A DNA stretch of 64,000 bases. Source: Phoronis australis (Eukaryota; Animalia; Phoronida). Under the pieces are notes generated by a model. That model saw nothing but the letters and a program-made list of their open reading frames with translations, was not told the origin of the DNA and searched no databases. Numbering within the stretch: position 1 is the first letter of the stretch; the number at the start of each line of letters is the position of its first letter. Shown here in pieces: positions 11,001-23,000 of the stretch. The stretch covers positions 248,001-312,000 of the forward strand of contig NMRA01000441.1 of assembly GCA_002633005.1 (NCBI GenBank). The letters are read 5' to 3'. The translations under genes and the position numbers were made by a program.

Positions 11001-14000
11001 TTACTTTTGATTTTGATTTTACAGACAACAGAATAGAACAAATTAAGAAACAAAGACAAAAGTGACCTGTAAGCCCATGCAACTGGAGATACGTAACATT
11101 TATCAATTCTGCTTGAAAAAGCCAGATTCATTAACTCGCATTTGCATGGTGTACATATCCAAACACTACTGTGTCATTGATATAGCAGTGTTAAGTCTTC
11201 CGGTGAGCAAGCCAAAGCACTATTTCTACAATTAACTTGACTTTAAAGTACGACATTTAACTATCAAAATACTGACCCAGCATTGATTCGTGCCCGCTCG
11301 CTAAAATTTTTTGGTTTGTTCAACCAAGGCAGAGCCTCACGGGTCGAGGTGTTTGGACTGTTGGCCAGAGTTGATTCTAACGCCCCCTCGAACGACAGGC
11401 TGTGCATGGAGCCTGGTGACATGGTGCCATTGTGAGCGCTGGGCGAGTAGGTGCCATAGTTGAAAGGGCTGCCTGGTGTGTTAGGAGTATTATGAACACG
11501 AAGTAGTGTACCCTGCAGGGAAGGTAACATAAGCACATTGTAGCAATGTGATGGAGAATATCAAAGGCATTTTATAAGTCAATAAAAAGCATTCACCATG
11601 AGCAACAACCTACAGCAACAACTGAAATGTGTATGGATGAAAAAAGTAACTTAACCGAGACCAATTCTGATATACTACTGGCCAACTGATGCATTAAAAG
11701 AACTTTAAGAAAGTTCCCAAAAATGCTGCTGTTTCTGGTCCATAAAACTTTAAGCACAGGCACATTTTACATACTAAGGTCAATAAGTGTATGAAACCTC
11801 AACGGACAATGCTTGCAACAAATCAGTTCAGGATTTGACATCTTTTGTCAAATTACAGTATAAAGTGCATTCCCAGAAGAGTTCATGGAGAAGTGTCATA
11901 AGTAAGATCAGAAACAGACTTGTAAGACAAACAAAAATTAACTCTAGAATAAAAAGTGACCAACATGGGATGGTTAGAGATATAAACAAGACCAGTGCTA
12001 AAGTAATTGTTAAACTTCACAAATTTATTATATAATGTAATATCTATATTTTAAAAAAGTTTATTGTTACTCATAACATTATTTATATGATTGTCAAATA
12101 TGCGAGTTGTCTTGCAGTTTGAAACATTTGAATCACAAACATGATATCTCTGAGTAAGTGACTTATATGTTACTCAACAGAGATATCAGCCATCAAAAAT
12201 GGAAGACTTGTGACAACATTCTAAGAAGGATTTGGTGGTTGTTTGAGTGTAAATAAAAATGTGTGAGACACGGTTCCATCCATATTGAGGGCTGTTCCAG
12301 TAAAATCCGTGTGGGAGGGGGGGGACGGCAGTAGAAATAAAAATTCATGGGTGGTGGTCTTCAGAAAAAAACTCAAATTATGGGTGGTCGTTCCTGTAAG
12401 AAGTGATGCATTAAAAATGGGTGGTATTTTTTGACCTGTTAATGTCGATAGGTTGGTTACTTCAGCCCTAAAAACTCAAAAATAAATGCAATTGTCCTAA
12501 CTTATCCAAATACAAAAAAGCCCATATTGCCAGTGAACAGAGTGCAATATGTTCACTAAGCCATTAATCAAGTCATGGGCAACTTGATTTGAGCCAACTG
12601 TTTGTCTGCAGTCCTATTGAATAAAAGTTATGCAACACTAAACTGGTTTTAACACATATAAGAAAATTGATGATTTTTAAATAAAAAGTATGAGGAGTAA
12701 GATAAACAAGTTCCAATATTCACTTGACATAGAAGTATAAAAGAGTTCGTGGAGACAGTTTGAGATTCATAGATCCTTATAATTGAAAAAATGTTCATTG
12801 AAATTATAGACACATGGTGAACAGAGACACCTGGTGGCTGCCAAAAGTATTGCTCACAGGCTACTTTAGTTTTTGACAATATTGGACAAGACAACTAGTT
12901 CTTGTCTGTCAATCATCTAAGTTCTTAACAGGTCCTCCTGGAGGCAATTTGTTTGCAAGTGTTGGATTTTATATTTTAACCTAATAAAAATAATTAAAAA
13001 ATTATGGGTCATGGGTTGGAGAAATAAATGAAAAATATGGGCGGTGGGTACGAAATAAAAGTGCCTTCCCCCCCTCCCATACAGATTTTGCTGGAACAGC
13101 CCTGAGTCAAAATGTGTAGTTCAGACACAAATTTACCAAAACTTAAACTTTTTAAAGAAATTACATTAAAAGCAAAAAATGAACATAATATGACAGTTGC
13201 ATGATTATGAACATTTGTGAGACATTTTGAGGTATAATTTGCAGTTATCTGGAAATATATTCAGAAAATATACCTTTAAAGGTTGCAAATGGACAATTAA
13301 AAAGTTATCCTGGTGAGTGCTACCAATACTGTGGTTACATGAACCAAACAAAATTGTGCAAGTTTTGGCTCTCTATAAACAGAGACAGTAGTAAAGTTGC
13401 CTTAAGATAAATAAAAATAATTGGCAAAATAAACATTTTCCCAACTTTCAAAAGCTAACTATATTGTTAAAACTTCTCAAACTTTGTGTACATTCGGTGC
13501 AGTCGTACAATGAAGTGATGATGAAAAAGTTTTCTTCAAAATTTTAGTTGGTGATGTGTATTTAATTTTTATAACACAATTAAATGAAAAGCCCTACCGA
13601 TGGCCAAAAACCATGAAAAACACTCCGATTAAGACATACAGAAAGAAAGAGCTGTTCGAAAACGGCTTGGTGGATTTCGCTGAAACTTTCGAAACTTAAT
13701 ATTTATTCATCAATCTCAAAAATGCTATTAGGAGTTTCAATATGAAGAACTAGTTTTTGCATAATGTATCAAAGACGAATACAACTTCTATTTTTACNGT
13801 TTGTTCAACCAAGGCAGAGCCTCACGGGTCGAGGTGTTTGGACTGTTGGCCAGAGTTGATTCTAGCGCCCCCTCGAACGACAGGCTGTGCATGGAGCCTG
13901 GTGACATGGTGCCATTGTGAGCGCTGGGCGAGTAGGTGCCATAGTTGAAAGGGCTGCCTGGTGTGTTAGGAGTATTATGAACACGAAGTAGTGTACCCTG

Positions 14001-17000
14001 CAGGGAAGGTAACATAAGCACATTGTAGCAATGTGATGGAGAATATCAAAGGCATTTTATAAGTCAATAAAAAGCATTCACCATGAGCAACAACCTACAG
14101 CAACAACTGAAATGTGTATGGATGAAAAAAGTAACTTAACCGAGACCAATTCTGATATACTACTGGCCAACTGATGCATTAAAAGAACTTTAAGAAAGTT
14201 CCCAAAAATGCTGCTGTTTCTGGTCCATAAAACTTTAAGCACAGGCACATTTTACATACTAAGGTCAATAAGTGTATGAAACCTCAACGGACAATGCTTG
14301 CAACAAATCAGTTCAGGATTTGACATCTTTTGTCAAATTACAGTATAAAGTGCATTCCCAGAAGAGTTCATGGAGAAGTGTCATAAGTAAGATCAGAAAC
14401 AGACTTGTAAGACAAACAAAAATTAACTCTAGAATAAAAAGTGACCAACATGGGATGGTTAGAGATCTAAACAAGACCAGTGCTAAAGTAATTGTTAAAC
14501 TTCACAAATTTATTATATAATGTAATATCTAAATTTTAAAAAAGTTTATTGTTACTCATAACATTATTTATATGATTGTCAAATATGCGAGTTGTCTTGC
14601 AGTTTGAAACATTTGAATCACTAACATGATATCTTTGAGTAAGTGACTTATATGTTACTCAACAGAGATATCAGCCATCAAAAATGGAAGACTTGTGACA
14701 ACATTCTAAGAAGGATTTGGTGGTTGAGTGTAAATAAAAATGTGTGAGACACGGTTCCATCCACAATGAGTCAAAATGTGTAGTTCAGACAAAAATTTAC
14801 CAAAACTTAATTTTTTAAAGAAATTAGATTAAAAGCAAAAAATGAACATAATATGGCAGTTGCATGATTATGAACATTTGTGAGACATTTTGAGGTACAA
14901 TTTGCAGTTATCAGGAAATATATTCAGAAAATATACCTTTAAAGGTTGCAAATGGACAATTAAAAAGTTACATGATGAAATGCAAATTAAAGGACTTCAG
15001 CAAGGATGACTTTCTAAAACCACTCTGAGGTGGTGGCGAGTTACAACTATTATTAATAAAATCTCTGGGTCTATTTACACTGACACCTTGTCTATTTACA
15101 TTGTCACAACGTTTCGGTCCGTCTATTCTCTGGCCATCGTCGGGTTTTCCTGCGTTCTTATAAGAATGAGCATGGATATGTGGTACTTCCTAAGGGCGCT
15201 TTGAGGTAAATGGTGAAGTTTTCATTTAAAAAATGTTTCATTAAAATCGACCAAGGGATTATTTTGCTATGAATATACCTTTCTTAAAAATGAAATTTTG
15301 ACTTAAAAAGGTATTTACTTAATAACGATAATGGTACATAAATACAAAACATATTTTTTTATTCCCTGACCTTTTTCTTTCACAAAATATATACTTTTAC
15401 TGGTTGACAAAGCTTAGATTTTTCATTACAAGTTAGATTGGAGGCCACTAAATAAGGTTTGAGATAACCTTAAGTGGTCTAAATCAAATGTTATATAGTT
15501 CTTTGACAGAACACGAGTTTACAGCCACTTTATAAGACAAATACAGGAAATACACTTCCTTCAACCATACGCCAATATTTTGGTATCTGATCACTTCCAC
15601 CCAGTCATAATAGACCCTAAAGGAATATAAACTGCTTTTACCAAAAATGGAAAAAACCAGCAACATTATTTTCACCATAAAAGTATTGTATGTAATGAAT
15701 ATGCGAGTTGTCTCATTGGTTTTCTCAATGATCTATTGGTGATTAACTTGAAAATAACAACTAGGTCAGTTCAAGGACATTGTTGAACTGACCTAGTTAT
15801 GTTCTGTTTACACGCACGCAACAAATCTTTTCTTTTACCATTATACAAAATGAATTGATTGGGTTGTCCTTACAAGGCTATGGAGAAAAAATCCCGCATT
15901 TTGCAATTATGCACTTGACCTGCCTTCCTAGATTATTAAAAACGGAAAGAGCACAGAAAGAGAAAGTTAAACTCTGAGGTCATTACTTAAGAATGACACT
16001 TAAAGACAACCATCCTGAACTTAGAAATGGAAATATAATGGTATAAGTGACTAAAAATCTTTAAAAAAAATTGTTTCGTATTTCAGACAATGTACCACTA
16101 TTCAAGAAAAAGTGTAAGTTGAAATTGTGAAATCAATTTCTAGAAACTTTCATTAACTACATTTAATAACAGGCGTAAATTTGAAATTTTTAATCAGAAC
16201 TCAAAACATTAACACACAAACATGTTGTCTGTTAGCTGGTTCAACAAAGCAAACTATTTATTGACAAAATTAAACACCACACAAACCTCGAAAACGATTT
16301 TAGAGCAGAACTAAATTTGTTGAATATCTAGTTTCTAAATAAAACTCTTCTACGTCCAAAGTTTCATCACACCGGATGCTCATGTTGATGTTAATATATT
16401 GGGGGGTGTTTTGAAATAACAGACAGACTAAAGAAATACAGGGATATACAACATATATGTAAGAAATTTCTACATTTTTTTCATAAACTACGTTACATTC
16501 ACATATGTTAAGAACACAAGTTAAAGCTGCCATGGACTTCCATTCACTTGTCATTATAAAAAATTTAAATTGATCTCAAACTGATCCATACTCAGATTTT
16601 CTACTTTTGTGCAAACTCAAGATAAGTGTTTGTTATTCTGTGCTCCAGTACCTAATGGCTTATGTGGACAACTGTCTACTTCTAGTTTGTACTTGATGAC
16701 CACAGCATTAAGGCTAAAAATTAGAACTTGAGATTTCGAGATTTACTCAAGTTTGTACCTCAAATCAAGAGGTCATCAAGTGCAAGTTTGACTAGAAACT
16801 CATTTGCATAAACCATAGTGTACTCGAGCAAAGAAAATTAGACGGTTATCTTGAGTTCGGACAAAAGTTGAATAGAAAATACCAAAAATCATTACGAGTT
16901 CGATTTTGAGCAAAATATAGATACCTGGCTCCTCGACTTGAAGAGAACTGACGGTCCGTCACTGATCGAGTCCACGGACAATAAAGTAGGTCACAGTATC

Positions 17001-20000
17001 GGGCAACGATGAACTGCCAGTTTTTTGCCAAGCCCACAAGCCACACCTAACCCGATTATAAAACAACTCGAGATCAGTTTTATAATGGCAAGTAGCCTAA
17101 ATTGAGGGCACATAGCAGATTTAAGGAAAACGAGAGAAAATGTGAAAAGATGAGTGTTGGGTTATACGCACTTGTGGCGAAGGAACCATGGGCGAACGAG
17201 TGGGCGTCCTAAAGGGACTACCCCCGGCACTCACAGGTCGTTCAAGACTGTTGTTGGAGCCAGAGTTATCATAGATGTTAGGTTGCAAGAAAGAGTTGTC
17301 GACACTGTCGTCGGAGCCTTTCTTTTTCTTCAGTAGTTGCGCCTTCTCCCTTGCTTTGTAGTCTTCCTTAGTGAGTTTACGGAGGAACGAGAGCTCCTCT
17401 GGCTTCCTGACGCCTGCAAGGGAATTTAAAAGAAGGGCTAAATGAATTGCATTGAACTCCACCAAAACACACACCGTTGACGAAGAATGACAGCTGTTAC
17501 AGACCAGTTACGTACAGCCCCAAAAATGTCAAAAAAATGTCCAAATTTGTCCAACTTCTCATCATATCTCAGAAATGGTCGATACGAAACTTCCAGTATA
17601 GTTCCAGATACTTTGCTTCATGCCTTGTTCGCCAAAATTGTTTTTTAAATATTCCACATTTGCATAAAGGGATAACAAAAACAGTACCTTTATGATTTTC
17701 ATGAAAAAATCAAATGTTGCACAGAAGGAAAACAAAAGCTATATTTTAGTAAACTGGAACAGTATTTTTGAGATTACATCTTGAATATCTATATCAAATG
17801 AAATTTGGTTATGTTATTCATATTTTTGTTTTGGTACGAATATATCTTTTCACCTACTACACCTCTTCATCTACTAAAAACACATGATCACCTGACCCAA
17901 TTAATGACAGATTGTTCTGAAGTTAAAAAACAAAGTGTACCAGCTTTCTAGAAAATATAATCAATATATACTTTTACGGAGTTAATTTCTGTAGTTTTCC
18001 AGATCTTTGGCTAAATGCACAAACTTGTCAACAAGGTCCAACACAACCTTAAATAGAAGTTTTACCCACAGTGCATACTGGATTGTGCCAGTTTCATGAC
18101 ACACGTTCAACCTTACATCCAGTGTGCAAACAAAAATGGCAGCGACGTCTGTGTGGAGGGTTATTGTGCAGAGTTTGACGAAAATAGAGAAAATGGTGGC
18201 GGCCATAAAGGTATCGGCAGTGTCTTGGGTAGGGTTTTTACCAGTCTTTATTGCCTCCGGAACCTATTGTTGAGGAGGATGGAACCCATGGGTACGTGGC
18301 CAACATCAAGGTTAACATCCAGTCATCGACATAAGACCATCCCCACTTAACATGTGGCTTTCAAAAATGCTATGCACTCAACCACAACCACAGACATTGA
18401 ACTACCACCAGTTCAAGCTACTGTCAAACAGAGTAACAAGATCTCAGAACAAACCAAGGTCATCATCGCTTAGGACACCAGAGAGGTTTATTTGGTTTAT
18501 TTAAGCACTTGAAAAAGTGATCATCGAGCTCAGTGCAAAACACATCCACACACTCAAAAACTTAATTCCAACAGCCAAAGAAAAATAAATTTGCTCTTCA
18601 AATAACAGCCCATACGTTCCATAACTGTACACAGAACAAACTGAGTAAGGAACAATCGGATGAAGTTTCTGTTATATAGAAACACCCCTCGAGTGCATCT
18701 CCAAGCTCTAGGGGTTATCTTTCAAAACTAAGTGTTGTCTAAAACAAACAGCAGCAACTTCTAAATTACCCAATGGAATCTAGATAGTGTAAACCTAATA
18801 AAAAGTGGCACCAAGCTGGAAACAACTGACAACAACTGAGCCAAGTGAAAATAAGACAATTATAAACATAGTGAAACCAAACTGAGAGGACTGATTAAAC
18901 CAGTAATTGCCCAATGGGGCAGGTTAACCATGCCACACAAGGAATAGTGCTATAGAATTATGCTAGAATGTAACACGAGTGACCAGTAGAGCTGTAATGA
19001 CACCACTGGGCACTGATAGATTGGTAATCAACAGTAAACGAAAGAACAGGGCGAGTCCCGCTCTGCAACACAATCGCAAGCCACCGTTGATGAGAATTCT
19101 TGGCTTTCTTGCAGCTTTTTACCATGATGCAATGCCCCAGCCTCGCCAAACAAGCACATCAGTCATGTCAATAAAGTACGCTTATAGGATGGCACGTTGG
19201 CTCACCTAACACCAGCCTCTCGCTTACGTGAACTTTCATCATCTCGCCGGTAAGGAACTCGTCTTACAAAATGCACCCCTATCCTTACAAATGCACCCCA
19301 GATCTAGCCTACGTTCAGCCATGAATATTCAATAACCGAACTAGCAGAGCACTGTACGATAGACTTTAAAACTCATGCATGATCGAAAGGCAAAATACAC
19401 TTGGTTCGTGGAGGCCTATTGGCAGTTTGGTTTACAACCGTACACTCCCTGGAAGGGAGACGAGACTAAAGTGAATTATAGTTAGCATTAAACCAGTCTA
19501 CTGACAACATTGCTCTTTGTTCAGACAAGAGGGGTAACCCGTTTCTGGTGTTTTGGTTGCTATGGGAACACCTAAATCTAGAGAGAATGTCCATTACAAA
19601 ACAGGGATCCAATTAGTGAAGATAGTATTATTCTTAAGTTAGACTCCCAGCGCATTGGCGGGCTACACCATTGCTCAGCAATTCCAAACTCACGTGATGT
19701 CATTATTGTTATCAGTCTATAAATTTCACAAAAACCTACCCCCCCTCAGAGGTCAGAGGTCAAATCATTTATCTCACATCACTGACATGGCAGCATAAGA
19801 AATATTTAACAGAGATTGAGGTTCGCAAAATAAACAAATCTGCAGGCATGATCCATTAAAACCAGACTTATATACAATACTAGTCTTAAAAATAGAAAGC
19901 TGGAACATTTCCAGGAAACATTGTTAAACATTGGAAAGAATGAGACCAAGGTATAATGGGCAATTTACATACTTAATGGTGTGCATCAATCAAGTTTCAT

Positions 20001-23000
20001 TCCACTGAAATCAAGAAATATCACTACAAAGATATGGGGGATTTACCCCAAAAGTTCACTGCTACAAAGCATTTTTTTCAGTGGTCACTAGTTCTCCAAA
20101 ATTCACTGAGAACAGCCCTCCTGTCTTATCCTGTCCTCTTGTCTCACTCTCCTATCCCCATCATCCCTCCCCTGCCCTCTACCCAGCCCCCTCTAACTCT
20201 CCAATCCTAATCATCCCCCATCACGTATCATTAGCTCCTCGTACCTATTTCTTTACATATCTGTATGACAGCGTTGAACACATTAATGGAGTAGTCTACC
20301 CGCATGTCCAGCGTCTGAAGGTCCGGTAGTTGGATACGCAGGTTCTTATGCATGGGCGTGAACTCAAGACGAGCGTCAGCCTGTACATTGTACTGGTCCA
20401 GAGTGGACCGTGTCCGAGTGAGCCAGCGGTTCTTCTCCGGCCACCAGAGCGCGTGGTCTGACCAGTCAGTGGAAATGTCTGCAAAAAGACCGAGGGTGAT
20501 CATAGGATGAAGCCAGCAGACACAGACAAAACTTTATCACAAATTAGGAGATAAACATTAAACATCAGTATCTTCTCATTAAAGTGGCACACATTAGAGG
20601 CCTGTTTTATCAAAGACCTCACACCTGGTTGTATGCACGTGATCGAGAATGCGACGCCAGTTTTTTACGAGAACAAAACATTGCAACTACATGCAAGTTT
20701 GACAGGAGAATGGGTCATAGCCAATTACAGGGTCACGCATTTTGAGAACCAGTTTTGTCCACTGAATATCACTCCCACTTCAGAATTGCCGAAAAAAGGT
20801 TTATCCTCGATTAATTTTGGACACATCACAGTCTACACCAGTTGTGCTTATATTCTCAGAGGCTTTGCATTTTCACTCAAGCGAGATATAATTATTGTTC
20901 AGAAATAGCCGTGTCGAAACTAAGACCAAATTTATGATTTCAGTCTCAAAGTCATTTTTCATGAAAAATCTATGACTGAGCTCAAGACAAAAGGGAACAC
21001 TCAATGCACAGGACCCATTGTAGACAAAACCAGGCAAACTCAAAAGCCAGGCATTCATTGCTTTTCTGCTGTAGTAACAAAAATGAAATCTTCAATAGCT
21101 AACTGAACAGCAGTCTGTGAAGACCTGATAAATTTCATGCATCTCCAAAGAAAAGAGAGTGACCAAATTAAGAAAACAGGGCTACTGTTGAGTGCAATGA
21201 AAAAATGAAAGCAACTCCTACAAAGTACTCTGTAAAAGGAATCTTTGTTTCATTGTACATCCACACATGGTGTCACCACGTATCACCACGTTCTTCTCCC
21301 GAGTACATCATGTTATTAATCTGTTAACAGTACGATCAATATTTATCCTCAATTCGATGTGTTATTGTTGTGGTTTCCGATCACTGAGTTAAAGATGTTA
21401 GTCAGAAAAGGATGTAAACGAAAATTCAACTTTTACTTTGGCAACTCAGAATGAATTGGTTTAAAAACAGAACAAGTCATAGGAGTTTCCCCAAACATAA
21501 ACGCACAAGGAATATGAACAACTCCATTCTATGTTTTTCATTTGTTCAACAACTTTTTGTGATTTACTTAATCTATTGTTTACTGTATTGCACACCATTA
21601 CATATACGCATTATATATAGGGCATTATATATAGCTCGCACAACACAGTGGAAAAGTAGAAATTTTCTAAATTTCTCAACAAAAACGAGCATTATGAAAA
21701 TTCTATTCCATTTAGACATTCCCCGCTGGCACAAAATATCAGCATGTAAACTTTGATTATCTGTGTGAGCAAAGTCCCCACCTTTTGAAAAGATAACAAA
21801 TGACAGGAATTTTTATGTAAAATCATTGTCTAAAAAAATACAGTAACTTCTCTTGCGCTTCTAAGACATTCTCAAAAACTCTCCCACACATGAACTTAAT
21901 GCGCTTGGTGTTGTCAGACATACTCTTTTCTTACTACATCAATCATCGACAAAAATGCTGACAAAACGCCATAGCTGTATAACCACACATGTAGCAAAGA
22001 CGAGACCCTCGGCATACTATCGTAATCTCTGAGATTACACCACCAGGGGCCCTCATGTGAGGACTGCTGACATCCATAACAACACTGTGCTGGTGAGATG
22101 ATCAAATCAAATCAAACAGAAAAAATATACGAGAACATTAATTGCACAGGGCACACACACCTCAACATCATGACTGCGCCAGCAGCTTTAATACCATTAA
22201 CCCATTTTGCAACAGTGACCGGCAATAAAAATACGTGTTATGGTGATAGAAGATATTAATACCTGCCATAGGTGAGTGTCTGGTGATTCTAAAGACGTCA
22301 CGGTCAGCTACACATTTTTGAAATTTGCATGTCTTAATAAAATACCGTTAAATTGGTCATAAAACAACAAATACCCCTAAAAGGAAATCATTATTTCACA
22401 CAGTACTTCATGATTTGAACATTTCAAATTTTATTCTTATCTTAATAAGATCACCATGTCTCCTGAAAGCTTTGAAAACAACTGGAAGACTTTGATGAGG
22501 TACTTTTATTAACACAGTAATAAAACAATTGACAATGAAAGTCACGAGCTATTCAACCAGACTGGTTATTCATCGTAGTCAGTGATCCGAGTAAGTCTCA
22601 CAAGACCCCGAGTAGATTTGCTTTGAGTGAGATGCGAACTTCAGGCTAAACATTCTCGAATTTCAAGTCTCGATAGTACAAGTAGGTGCACTTTGAGTGA
22701 AACGCAAACACTGGGCAAGAAATTAAATTTCGAGTCTCAAAGGACCCAGTAGATTTGCCTTGAGCTAGCAGCGAAAACTGGGCTAACATTCAAGAATTGG
22801 AAGTTTCAAAAACTCCAGTAGATTTGCTTGGAATGAGATGGTAACATTCGGCTTAACATCCTTGAATTTCCCTGTTGGCTATGAAGTACATGGGAATCCT
22901 GACTCATCAAACCTGCATATTTCTTTGACAGAAACTAAGTTCAGGGTCAGGCAAAGCATTGCCAAGTGCTTGCCAGTAGTTAGTTCAGCATTCAGTTAAT

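Noticed and set aside
13794-14021. Tandem or mutually exclusive duplicate of kindlin exon 4
   Set aside because: Truncated at an N with no donor; flanking intron is near-identical, so allelic duplication is the simpler explanation.
11787-14520. Repeated 82-aa plus-strand ORFs (and the 72-aa pair at 30119/30558)
   Set aside because: They recur only because the DNA is duplicated; no coding features.
22593-22870. CRISPR-like array
   Set aside because: Whole units are homologous, with no unique spacers; eukaryotic intron, no cas genes.
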